DNA of 64,000 nt from Phoronis australis (taxonomy: Eukaryota; Animalia; Phoronida): NCBI GenBank assembly GCA_002633005.1, contig NMRA01000163.1, positions 156,071 to 220,070 of the forward strand. The letters are read 5' to 3'. Positions 25,901 to 36,836 of this stretch are shown piece by piece. The translations under genes and the position numbers were made by a program. The notes beneath the pieces were generated by a model that saw only the letters and a list, made by a program, of their open reading frames with translations, did not search any database and was not told the origin of the DNA. Every line of letters starts with the position of its first letter. Position 1 is the first letter of the stretch.

Positions 25901-27654
25901 TGCTTGAGATAGAAATTATTCTTGGCTATAAGAACAAAGTCGAAGTAACAACATCTATTCAGGCAAATGAAAGACTTACTAATTTGGAAAGCAATATTAA
26001 CTTGCGTGGTGTCCGTCAAGGTAATTTCAAAATTTCATTCGATAAGTGTGGAAAGACTGAGCCAATTTCTCTGAATAAAGACCATGCCCTGACAATAATT
26101 AGTCCAGCACCTATTGGTTGTGAATCCTCATATCCACATGTGCTGCACAACGTGTGTAGCAATGCGCCAATGAAGAACACTTTAATTTCCAATGTAAAGG
26201 ACTATCTAAACTTACATAATGATATTACAGAGCTGCAGTGTGTGCAGATGATTTGGCACAGTCTGTACTGCATGTTTGAAGTTCTGCACAAGGAGCCTAG
26301 GCATATTTTAAAAGAGCAATCTCCTGTTGGGTCTCTTAAAGCATCTGATTATACATTTTCGTATTCCAAACAGCAGCTGCAATCGTACAAATTCCATGCG
26401 GAACGGTTTTATCAGCTTTTTTGCCTACGGTATTCAGCCAAAAGACTCACGCCTTACATGCTGAAATTTGTAGATTACGCGCCATACTTCTTGACAAATC
26501 TTGAATTCCCGATTTGTAGGTTTTCTACCGAAGGTGGAGAACACTCAAATTATCGCCATAACATGTTTTATTACAACCACACAACACGAAATGGTGGAAA
26601 TTCATCAGATGATCCACATTTTTCTATACTATTGTCTCAGTGGAGGAAGTTGTACTGTGACATTGCCAATGGAGACCCAAAGGCATACAAAGCATTTAAA
26701 GTTTACATTGACAATCACTGTAAAACAAAGGCCACCCAAATAATTGCTCGCAAGTTTTTGTTCTGGAGCAAAGTACGCAAAAGTGGAATGTTGCTCACTC
26801 CAACTAATAATTCTGAGCGATCGGCCAACAATGCCAAATTGCAAGCCATTTCATCATTCACATCACAACAAATGTCTTTTTCTCAGGAAAGGAAGCTTCT
26901 TCATGGCATGTCTTTCATTTTGTCTGGTAATATTCCAAAGTTCAACAACCAAAAGTATTCGCATGAACAGTTGAAAGAACTGATTGTTTCTAATGGTGGC
27001 AAGGTCAGGAAAGGCTTACCTGGACTAAAAGGGAAGTCTAAGAAAAGTTACATCGTTTTAGTTAACCTAACAAAGTCACCAAAGCCTCCTGCTGTTGTTT
27101 GCGAAGCTGTTCATCGTGGACACACTGTTCTAAATTTTCAGTTTCTCTATGATACCATCATCAAATCTGAGGTACAGGATACACAAGCATATGTACCTGA
27201 AGTAGTTGACAAGTTAAAGAAAAAGTTCACAGTTGCTCCCTCCCATTATAGACTCAATTCAAGCAAAAGGGCCAGAATGATTTCCTTGCTGAAAACAAGG
27301 AAACGAAGGAAGAGATGTTTAAAAACAAAGAAGACGCCCAGGAATGTACAATTGTTCTATGCCAAAGTCAAAATTCAAGAATTGTTAAAGACAAGGCGAA
27401 ACTTCCGTGATGTTCCACAATTAACATCAAAGTTTTCCAAACAGTTTTCAGTTTTACCTCCGGATATCAAAGCTAAATACAAAGAGATGTGGTTAAAAGC
27501 CAAGGAAGAGGAGACTTGTCGTTTGAAAGAGAATGCAGACCTTCGTCAATACAACACTTGCCAGCAACCCAATTATATGTCTATTTTGTCATCTCATCAC
27601 AGTGTGCAAAAGTCCAGCAAGTACGTTGTGCCTACACCAGAATTGTCTGTGTAG
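22768..27654 (+). CDS. 1628-aa ORF: RAG1/Transib-like DDE transposase core fused to a USP His box, two Bro-N-like repeats, BRCT and HMG box
   Basis: Ordered motifs KLQGDG (D888), YESDSRDNL, LGGDEMF (D962), CILHGLARI, TPYMLKFVDY and FSTEGGEHSN (E1258) parallel RAG1 KESCDG, DESDHETL, GYDEKL, DALHCDI, TNYFHKTLAH and WASEGNESGN. BRCT-like region at about 26896-27170. HMG-box-like region at about 27328-27520. The 4.9-kb frame is uninterrupted. Confidence 0.75.
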   Translation: MLKLKLVLRFVHVPYVARMFLDTISVRVPDVLFLYIAQSRDHKNRCEPNVTVPEDVDMFSSGYKLTGAVFSVPGHFYCAVKSEVGFSVVDDLNHKVVQFKSFDGAVHSDPSSIGKCCTLSELTSVHVLVYVKSSLLKASCANRVPLSEVTNRKLLYSEVVSSFPKREERGASWSSPAGRCDNSKTIPVEVSSPIGQNDISQSPAVTREVTKSTSVAQGSIRKTNRVAQCEGSKCVVDQDGDVLSGASSDYLSSTSALRHESRSVPVSKSAPASLSTPVSCIGSSEIPTSSTTEKSSVGQNDDLISNDVALDKSSLKRHDSGIGINRGCTDTEPKKKFKRISSEISSYPEKDKENVSSQDGSVPVVESKLVVICGHKVMSSVVNGMVYFLCKDVFLCAGLSKEIEHRGYGRIDAILRDSKRLKSSSNFILNNKGRRLWVSRSALIEIMKKSRTPFSSSFASTLKKFRFYRRKSHDSQLPVNKSPKARGFNVSCCNSESVSADKACDKAPDIPSGFYAIFPGNAPSGSSCSNTVHEVSSKNSTSDSLLSKFQEDTSRISTSSNSLVGNNSSDCESSSCTTSGVIPVTTTTSSSVSKIPYAVLTSSVSVEGNLVSYSISERSIHLSTCSVLNVLGIGNYVKKRGYKVIDKCLTENGFLAMDVFIFEGKNRPKLKLEGLSVLIMALNDKLLNKQRKFILLHAFSIAASEIVTTHVVKSANSPGSVEHRSHKKKSGGKLIEKFVSSSFGGDKKQFLNSFSQLISSKKSWDLNSLKVILQTITETKKGAKDVENFVIQLYSERHRLKPHDVIYLQENFSGVRLMDELRKKLPGVVATRRSEMLVKAKLTRQFKSVLLPRQISTGWSIDVGRLLQVLQFKYPFLSGHLHVKLQGDGRCIGGRHSTYIGLSLLNHEIMLNGLSYQSPDDIYPVSLFYESDSRDNLEENIENSLNGMLNEVDRTTFYLGGDEMFIQKILDGSSVLSPSSYSGWNIYHESSTDSKKDVADTGLRTDLSVLIDRNHPESLLSSIALQKIVFCILHGLARIVEKLLVLEIEIILGYKNKVEVTTSIQANERLTNLESNINLRGVRQGNFKISFDKCGKTEPISLNKDHALTIISPAPIGCESSYPHVLHNVCSNAPMKNTLISNVKDYLNLHNDITELQCVQMIWHSLYCMFEVLHKEPRHILKEQSPVGSLKASDYTFSYSKQQLQSYKFHAERFYQLFCLRYSAKRLTPYMLKFVDYAPYFLTNLEFPICRFSTEGGEHSNYRHNMFYYNHTTRNGGNSSDDPHFSILLSQWRKLYCDIANGDPKAYKAFKVYIDNHCKTKATQIIARKFLFWSKVRKSGMLLTPTNNSERSANNAKLQAISSFTSQQMSFSQERKLLHGMSFILSGNIPKFNNQKYSHEQLKELIVSNGGKVRKGLPGLKGKSKKSYIVLVNLTKSPKPPAVVCEAVHRGHTVLNFQFLYDTIIKSEVQDTQAYVPEVVDKLKKKFTVAPSHYRLNSSKRARMISLLKTRKRRKRCLKTKKTPRNVQLFYAKVKIQELLKTRRNFRDVPQLTSKFSKQFSVLPPDIKAKYKEMWLKAKEEETCRLKENADLRQYNTCQQPNYMSILSSHHSVQKSSKYVVPTPELSV

Positions 27655-27889
27655 TGCTTTTATGCAAGTCTGGTAGACTTTTTTCCATATTTTGTTGGTG
27701 AGTCTGGGTTGTACTTTTATACATGTTTCTGTTCGTTGGGTTCTTGTCATGGGGGTGTGCAAAATGATTTTTATTTGCTCAATGTGCATGTTGCAGTGCT
27801 GTTTTCTTCACTGTTAGTTGCAGAATTTCTGTAGAAAGTTTTCAGTTCTTGTGCTGTCTGTCAGGACTGAATTTGGTTTACGGTTGTCG

Positions 27890-29340
27890 GACTTCCGCAT
27901 GTCAAAAGGGTCACTCACATATTAGTGTCATGGCCTGGTGAGGGACGAAATCTTTTACAGTGTCTGATATTATTCACATTACATAATCAGTATTATTGTC
28001 TGTTTTCCGACTGTACTTTATCATTCCCCATTGTAGAATTCACATTTTTGTTGGTGTCATTGTCTAATTGGTTTACATATGTTACTGGTCTTACAGATCT
28101 AGGAAATGGTGTCATAAGCGTGTTGAAAAGTGTTTGATTTGCCAACAGTGTTTGAATCTCTACTGTACATTATATTATTTTTCATATATGGTGCCATGAT
28201 CTGTTCGAGCTGAGTTGTAATTACAGATTTTGACTCTATGATTCACATTTAACATGTTATTGACTCTTGGCAGATCATATTTTCGTCATTCTCCACATTA
28301 AAACTCCTGCTTTTGGATGTTCTTGCTTTGTTGGGCTTACAGATTTGACATGGTTTGTTGATGTGGGAAATGGTAGTTAAAGGTTGTTTAAATGAGATTT
28401 GTTCCAGTATTGGTGTTACTACCTTCACCTTACTTAATGGCGTTTTTCATGGATGATGCTGTGATATGTCATAATTGAATTGGGTTGACACGAGTTGGGG
28501 CTAGGCATGTCAAAAGCCTAATTCACATTCAGAATTACTGACTCATGGCGGATATGTTTTAGTTCCCCTTTCTGTATTCTACTTGTTTGGGTGTTATTTC
28601 CTTTTTGGGGTTACAGATGTGACTAGGCTTGCAGATGTGGCTGGAAATGCTACTGGTCTGTGCAATGCGATTTGCTTTAGCGTTCCTTTGTGTTTTTTCA
28701 TATTGGGTTATGTGGTCTGTCATAACTGACTCATGCCGGAGCTACGTATGTTGAAAGCTTTATGCAGGTGTACAGCTTGCCATATTTTGTATTTGCTGTT
28801 AGTTGCATTGGGTCCTGTGTTTGGATTTTTCTGATTTAATGTTGTGTAGTGGGTCATAACTGAATCAGGCCTAGTGATGTTGGAGCGAGGCTTGCCGAAA
28901 GGGTAATATCCATTGTTGCTGTCACCCTTCGTATGGCATTTCATCATTTTTCTTTGGCAAAGTAGAATCCATTATTAGTATTAGAAGCTCTGCTTTGGTG
29001 TTTTTTTCAGACATGGAGCTATCAGCTATGGTCTGTTGTAACACTGAGTCAGGCCCTCGCATGTCGGAGTTACGCTTGCGGGCAGCCTGATTTACATTCA
29101 CTATTGTTGTCACCCCACATATTGTATCTTTGTAATTCTCCACAGGTGCAGTAGAATCCATTATTAGCATCAAAATCTCTTATGTTATTTTCCACATATG
29201 GTGCTCTGATCTGTTATAACTGGGTAAGGTCTTCCCATGTCGGAGCTACGCATGCGGAAAGCCTGATTCACATTCAGTCTGTAACAGATCACATTCTTGT
29301 TATTCATTCCATACTTTTGTTTATAGTTGTAGATTTGTTA
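27890..29340. repeat. Degenerate tandem array (about 190-300-bp units) downstream of the large ORF
   Basis: Recurrent blocks GTAGAATCCATTATTAG (28961, 29151), GCATGTCGGAGYTACGC, GCCTGATTCACATTCA and GATCTGTTATAACTG. Confidence 0.6.
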
Positions 29341-30469
29341 ATACCAACATATGTGGGTAGGTGCCCCCCCCCCCCCGANATTCTGTCACTTGCTTTTCCA
29401 TGTTTTAAGACTTTGGTCTGACGTGATGATTTTAAGACATATTCAGAGGGGAAGTGTTTGTACATAATTATGTATATTTATTATTTTTAGGTTAGTTTTC
29501 ATTTTCTAGTCTGTTCTGTTATTAGCGTAGAAAAGATTTAAAGACTTATTTTGAAGCTATAGTTTATTTTATTAATGTTATTTTTTCTGTCTGGTTAGGC
29601 CAAAGAAAAAGCTAAAATGGTTCTGATATGTATTTTTTGAAATTGAAGTGAAGCTTTTTTGTTTGGAATTTTTTGAAAGGTGACTTAGATTGACTCTGCT
29701 TTTTTGCATTACCTGATTATAACAAGATTAAAGATGATGGAATGCCAACCAGCTTTTCTAGTGTACTTCAAGTTGGAAGAGTGGTGCAACTGTGTTATCA
29801 TTTCAGGGCTTCTTAATCATTTAGCTTAATTTTTGGAGCTGAGATTAAGCCAATTGATTAAAAACAGACGAGGATGCATATGTATAGCTAAATTTAAAAA
29901 TTGAGCAGCTTTGCTAAAAGAGCAATGCGATGTTTCAGGTGACTTTTCTTCTATGAGCAGTGATGAGTGAAGTTTAAAATGATGCTGGCGCATACCACTA
30001 CCATTTTGCTTTTTTCTGTGGCCTTTCACTAGTCATTTGTTGTTTCTTCTGGGTCTAATCTCTGTGATTTGATTTGGTGGCACTTGTTCAAAAGGAGTGC
30101 TTGCACTTATGTATATTTATTATTTTGGTTCAGTGTTTATATTCACTATTGCTCTGTTAACATACAAATGGTTGTGTTTTTAAACTATATTGTATTATAT
30201 GATTTATATACTTCACTTAAAATGTTTTTTCTAGTCATATTACCATTTAATAACCATCTTAGTTATGTCGATTCGATTTGATGGAAATTAGAAACTTGCC
30301 TTGCAAGAGATTTGACCTTTGGTCTCAAAGCTTACAAGCGCATACCTTACCCTTACTGCTAAGCCATGCCCACTACAAGCAGAGTTGAAAATTGTATTAT
30401 CAACAAGTTGTGGTCAAGGATACTCAGTGTCTGAGATTTATTACTTGAGTGTGATAATCACGGGTGAAA

Positions 30470-30606
30470 AACAACATGACCGCCGGTCCTCTTAAATCGG
30501 ACCGCCTCTCCCAAAACAGGATCTCCGGGGATCAAATGGGACCGTCGCACCAGAAAATGGGACTGACGCACCTAAAAACATGACCGCCCCACCAGAAAAC
30601 AGGACC
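30470..30606. repeat. Degenerate ~22-bp tandem motif (ACCAGAAAACAGGACCGC-like) running into the gap
   Basis: About six units; ends at the N at 30607. Confidence 0.6.
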
Positions 30607-30737
30607 NAACAAATATCTCTTTGACATTAGTGTTTACTTGATGACCAAATGTTGTAGTTCGCAAAGCTTCAACATAAGGAACTGAAAATATATACCAGAG
30701 GGCGAGTGTTATTTATATCATAGATAAGTCAGGGATA

Positions 30738-30862
30738 AATAGGTTATTGAATGGTTCCTGAGTTATTAAACTATTATGAGAAACTCGATGATTTGTAGAA
30801 AACATTACTTCGTCCTGGAGTGAATTTTTTTAATAATGCTAGAGCCATTCAATAATCCATAT
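30738..30862. mobile_element. Small palindromic MITE-like element
   Basis: ATAGGTTATTGAATGG ... CCATTCAATAATCCATAT inverted ends. Confidence 0.4.
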
Positions 30863-31749
30863 TGTTGTTATTTAGATTACACTTTGATTTTGGTTCTTCT
30901 GAGATGAGCTTTACTTTGTGGCCTGGTTTGGCGGTGCTTGAGTTGTTCAGAAGAGAAGTGTTTGAACATGTGTTGGTGTATTGTTTATTGAGAGTCATCC
31001 TATTTTTAAACTATAGTTTACTTAATTGTTATTAGTTTTGCAGTCTGTACTTTAAATTATTTACTCCTGAGACTGAGTTTGACTTAGTTATCTGATTTGG
31101 TGGTGCCTACTGGAGATGTTCAGAAAAGAATTGTTCAGTTATTTTGTCCATTACATGTTTAGTCTGTGATTTGCCGGCTCTGTTGCTGGGCATGTTTGGA
31201 AAATTAGAGTACAGTGTTTTCGTTCTTTTTAAATATTCTCTTTTGTATCCCATGTTTTTTGTGTTATCTCACTAGTCTGTTCAGATTTCATATTGTACAT
31301 AAATAAAGTTTATGCTTATTATTATATCAATTTCATGGTTTTATTTTCTTTGGCGACTTCATTATTGTTCTCATAAGACAACAAAAGAAAAGTTGATGAA
31401 TACACTTTAAGCCAGTATTTTTAATTGATTTGTCAAATTACGATCCTTATTATTCTCGTGTGCCACCTAAGAGATGCTGTGAGATTTTTTTGCTTCCAGA
31501 AACTGTATGTCGGATATAAAAAATTTTGCAATTGTAACTATAATCGTTTGCTTAACCAAAAAAATCAGAGCTCTCTAAGTCAAGTTTTTTAACCCGCTTT
31601 AGAGCAAAGACTAGCAGAAGATGCCCACTTTCTCAAAATTGCCCTGGAGATATTGCCTATTCTATGCCAGCATTGTTTAACTGGTCTTGGCTAATCATCA
31701 TTTTATGGCCTGGTCATCTATTCAGCTAAAAGTAGTTCCAGAGGTGGCT

Positions 31750-31864
31750 TATCAGCCAATTATTCACGCATGCTGACTCACAATAGAAGCCTGATAAGAG
31801 TGAAGGTGGATAAATACGGTGTTCCTACAGATTGTTGATTTAGTGGAGTTGTTCACGACATGCA
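31750..31864 (-). repeat. Right arm of the inverted repeat bracketing the RAG1-like locus; re-duplicated at 35594-35733 after NN
   Basis: AAGGTGGATAAATACGGT and ATTTAGTGGAGTTGTTCACGACATG. 31726-31865 is nearly identical to 35594-35733. Confidence 0.55.
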
Positions 31865-33231
31865 GAATATACTAAAAAAACAGGACTGAAGTTTTGTATG
31901 ATTTAGCATCTGATTCCTTCAATTTGTTTTTAGACTTCCCATAACTACGATAAACCCCTCTTACGTCCCAAAAACTAAATTTTTATTGAGAGCACTCATC
32001 GTTATGGAATTGGTCACAATGTATTTCTTAGACACAATAGGTGTAATGACATGAGTTGAAAAGAACTGATATTTCATTATTGTTTGAGGGAAGGCTACAC
32101 AACATGACTTATCAGGGCGTGTCATTTTGTTTGTCGAGCATGTATGGTCTCGAGCAGTAACGAACACCTAGTTTTTTGCAAGACCAAAAGTCACATTGGT
32201 CGTCTCAGTAATTAACAAGTTTTGACCTATTTCACAGCGGTAAGTGGCCTTAACCGAACGTTAGATTCTACATACGATACAATAGATTTTGGCTTCATTT
32301 AGTATTCTATGCCAAGGTTTGATACGAAATGGTGAACCAAACTTGCTATACACTGTACATTCATGGGCTAAAATGTCTATTATTCAAATTTCGATATGAA
32401 ACTTCGATAGTTTCAGCTTAAACTATAGCATACAATTATCACTTGTGATTCCAGTAAGAGTAAGTCCCCTTGTTTACTTTCCGCGTGAGGTAATCCGAGA
32501 CTGCTTCATTTGTACTTAGTGTGATTTTGTTCAATAATTTTTGCAACACAGTCGAAGACTGTGACACACGTAATTACCATCGTAGTACATGTAAGTGTTT
32601 CGTTTGGAAACAGATGTAGAATTCAACCAGTTCAATTGGCAATTATGTGTCAATGAAAATTCCATTCATATAAGCAACGTCTCAATAGTTAGCGTCCGAA
32701 TTCAGTTTTATTGAAAAATAAACAAAATAAAATAATATTACTGTACCGAGAAATGCATTTATTCTAGGAATAAGCATCACGGCAAGCACTAGGGAGTTTT
32801 AGCACATTAGTTCAACTCGAGACAGATAAAAAACGGTGCTTTGGAAGGGCAAATACTCCTCTGAAGATCTTAACATCGGAAGTGGGGTTTTCATGGATGA
32901 ATATGATTCAAAATTATTGGTAAACGGCTGCATCCTATCGAAAACTGATGAATCTCTTGAACTGAACTTACATGAGATATAGTTTGGCAGGCATAATGTG
33001 GAACATGTTAATTGTATGATACCGGTCATTTTCATTGCATGTTAGCACACTCTTTCCTTGTCTTTTATGCTCAAAGGACGACTCATCCAAGGGAATTTTC
33101 GAATGTCTTCTTATCATATCAGTAATTTTCGTTTGGCCATTTGGAATCTTAATTGACCTTTACTATATAAAATTGCCTGATGTGAGATTCATGTGCCTGT
33201 TATGAAATTGGTATGCACTCTGTAATGGTAG

Positions 33232-35434
33232 GTGTTGCTACATTTTGTAGAAATCAAGTAACCCCATTCAAGGCGGAAGATGGGTTGACAGGTTTGAAAG
33301 TTGACAGTGACTCAATTGATTGCTATGGTGACCTTTCACACTTCACAGAAAAAGAGCTAAAGGCTCTCTACAACGAAGGACGATGGGCAATAACTTTAAA
33401 ACCGTAGAGCCTTCATTTGGTGCTAACAAAAGAATGAAAAACTGGAATTTCACTTGTGTGCCACATTGCGCCCTAAACTGGTCATAGTTTACTCTACTCT
33501 TGATCTTTGCTAACAACTCTCAATGAATGTTCGGCTCTGCCAGTTAAGAACATCTTTACAAGACATCAACTCATATCCATAACAGTGCTAGCCCGGGGTT
33601 CATGACGTAAAAGTCTTAAATCAACAATCTATAAATAGTTCATAGAAATTACTTCAGTAAATAACAATAATGTGACCTTCTCAGAGATTTTTTGCTTAAG
33701 TGACATTTAGTTAGTTTGCCAAATAGTTGTGAGGAGCGTAACACCAAATTTCTGACTCAAGTGTTGAGTCACCTTTACCTAAACAGGATCCAGTCCAAAC
33801 TGTGCATGTAAGACTTCTCTTAATGCTCGACCCTCACACAACAAGCTCTTAATGTCTCATCTAATACAACCAGGCATTTGAGAAATGCATGAATAAGCCA
33901 TGTAAAGTCTGTATGCAATCAGGGATTAATCATTAATGCTTCTCATCGCTGTACATACAAAATCTGATTCAGGTCAGTCCCTGTTGAAATGGTTTATCAA
34001 GAGGTGTCTTAGACTTCTTCTCTTTGAAGTTGCCTATGCACAATGCAGAATATAAACTTTCAAAGAAATTTTCGTTAAAGAGAGATAATTAAAATAAACT
34101 TGATGTTTTAGTTACTCAATTTGAATTACGTGTGTCCAACATGTATTGCTTACTTGTTTGTAGCCACGGTAACAGTGACCAGGTACTGACGATCATTAAT
34201 GTATACTGTCCACGCGCTGACCCTAACAAACTTGACAGGCTCACTTTCAAACTGCCGTTCTATGAGCTGCTTCAACGCCGTGCAGAAGAGCTCCTTAAGA
34301 ATGGCAGGTAAACATGGTATATCTGTAGCTCACCTGTGGGATTCTACTAGTAGACTTTCAAATAACACATGGGTTGTGTTAAGCTCAAATTTATTTGCGA
34401 TTTTACTATTCCAATGCGTTATTTGTCGATGGGTGCAAAGATTGTAGTACACCCTTGCCCATTGAGCATGTTAAAATTGGATAGATTTTTCATTGTTTGT
34501 GACAGTGTTGAGCTGCTGACATTCCTTACAATGAACTTTTGTTGTGGAGGATTTGAACGTTCCTACCCTCAGCGAAGGCTTTCTTCAATGAATGGACTTA
34601 GCACTTCTCATTCTCATTTGCACACTCATGATGCAAAATAAAGTACAAAGTTATCTTATATTTTTAAAAGCAGACTTGATTGCGGGTTGTAAATGTTCTC
34701 TTACTTTATTTCGAGCTTTCTATTTTTCGTATTTTTTCATTATTTTGACTTTCTTGCTTGATGTAAATAATAAAAAGTACCCAATGATGTTCTGAGACAG
34801 TTACACAATAAAACCGGGAAGGAAGTGGATGGACCAGTACTTGTACGACAGTAGTAAGCCCACCGCTGATAATGATACAGGATCGGAAGAGGCAAAGGGG
34901 AGGGGCACTTTATTGACACATTTCGCCTCTTTCACTCGCACCAAATAGAGGCCTTCACCTGTTGGACGACTTTGACATCCACACGTTAAACTAACTACGA
35001 TACTCGCATTGACTATGTATTCGCCTACATAGATTTAGCACAGATTATATTTAAAGATTGTCATTCGGCGTGATGTAGTCGGTTCAAATCACTGTCCTGT
35101 TGTTGCTACTTTAAATTGTGAAAAAATCGCAGCCACCAGGTGTCCTCATGGTTGTGTGAAATATATGCCAGAGTTGGGAGGTAAGCAGAAGAATTTATCA
35201 GCATTCTTCGAAAAAGGTGACAAAAATAGATTCCATTCTGCATTTGACAAACTGCCTGGGAGTGAGGTATCAGAGGTCACTTCAAAAAGTGATGTAAAAC
35301 GGAGTTTGAGTCGAGACGATAGTGCAACTAAACGAGTGAAAACAAATGGAAAGAGTCAAACTAGTGTAATGAATTTCTTTACCAAGAAGCCCAACTCTCT
35401 CCAACCAAAGGTAGCAATAGAAGGAAACGGTTGA
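33232..35434 (+). pseudogene. APEX2: APEX2 (AP endonuclease 2) partial, intron-containing pseudogene
   Basis: Exon at about 33232-33400: GVATFCRNQVTPFKAEDGLTG...ELKALYNEGR. Exon 34164-34307: LTIINVYCPRADP...FYELLQRRAE. Exon at about 34795-35434: PGRKWMD...AFTCW...TNYDTRIDYVF...GSNHCPV...PELGGKQ. TAA at 34987, a frameshift at about 35060, and catalytic SDH changed to SNH. Confidence 0.88.
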
Positions 35435-36237
35435 GAGAGGTCATGTCAGGTATCACTTTTGTGAAAACTGTCTCGTCAGCATCCAAGGTATCAGTGAAGT
35501 CTCCTCTCAAATGAGATCACGTGACCTGTTTCCCGCCAGATGTGCGTTTGAAATTGTGCTGAAGATTTCTCAATTAACTTTCTGTATTTAANNCTAAAAG
35601 TAGTTCCAGAGGTGGCTTATCAGCCAATTATTCACGCATGCTGACTCACAATAGAAGCCTGATAAGAGTAAAGGTGGATAAATACAGTGTTCCTACAGAT
35701 TGTTGATTTAGTGGAGTTGTTCAGGACATGCAGGTAGATGTTGCTTGTTGAGAAGGTCCACGAATTAGGGTGACAACCATATGCTCATACATGAAAATAT
35801 ACCGATAAAATTTCTGACATTCATAATCTGCTTGAACGTGGCTAGAACAACAACCCTTCTGCAAAACCCTTCCAGTGAATAATTTGAAAGATAATGTCAC
35901 ATTGTGATGATCTGCAGGCATATATTTTTGTCAACGCATGTTGAAATCATTGAAAAATAAATGATTAATTTATTAGTTTTGAAATTAATATTTGCCCACA
36001 ACTAACTTCTTGGCACCTTTTGTCAACAACTTTTATCGTGTGAAAACCGAAAATTACAGCTTCGGCAAGCTACATGCTGAAAATATGGATTCAAAAGGAC
36101 TGTGTGGTTTTTCGAATTAAATGTGTTGTATGCCTTAAAATGCTGTATTAGTTCCCGTTTTCAATGTCACATGGGTGATAATTTCCAGTAATAATATTCA
36201 TTCCAAATTGTAACCTGTGCAATACTTGATATTTCCA

Positions 36238-36520
36238 GGTGTCATCAGTGGGTAACTGCCGTGTCAGAGGTGATACAGAACTGATGCAGCAGGCAGTATC
36301 AACAAACAAGCCACCAACCAGATGAGTTCTCGAATGAGGGTTGCAGCTTTTCAACAAGCTTAGATCCACAGGATGGAAAACACAGTAGTCTATGTTGCTG
36401 GAAGGGTAGCGAGAAAATTACTCAACTTTCTTGTACGTTGTACATGCAGAAAGTCTTTTGTAAGCAGTGTGTCATCACTAACAAATAAACGAGTATGTGA
36501 CATTTCTCCACTATCAAATG
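36238..36520 (+). pseudogene. P-element/THAP9-like transposase C-terminal fragment
   Basis: SVGNC followed by ENTVVYVAGRVARKL...C.C, resembling the conserved ENxxxYIAGxVxRKL motif. Confidence 0.55.
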
Positions 36521-36836
36521 TATTAAATACAATGTGTCGTTTGCGACATTCGGCGACTAAGTCACAGATATTAACCGGCAGCCCGTATGAAATCGATTGG
36601 AAATAGCTGGTGCGTGACGAAATAAACTTGGCAAAAAGACGAAGAAAGTTCAGGAAAAGCCGAAAGCCAGGTAGAGAAAACGCCACCAAGATGTCAGTTA
36701 GTCGGATAACTAAGCTGACTATACGTTTTGGACAAAACAAGCAAATCTGGCTAGGAGTGGGTCAAATCTGTTTGTTGTGGATGGGCCCACACGCAATGCA
36801 CTGAGGACCAGCGAAGGCATTGTTTTATGTTTGTCA

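Noticed and set aside
33232-35434. Functional APEX2 gene or processed retrocopy
   Set aside because: The stop, frameshift, catalytic substitution and missing exons argue against function. The retained introns argue against retroposition.
35898-35906. CACATTGTG as a Transib-like right terminus (CACAATG on the minus strand)
   Set aside because: No matching left terminus or TSD found; a short motif expected by chance.
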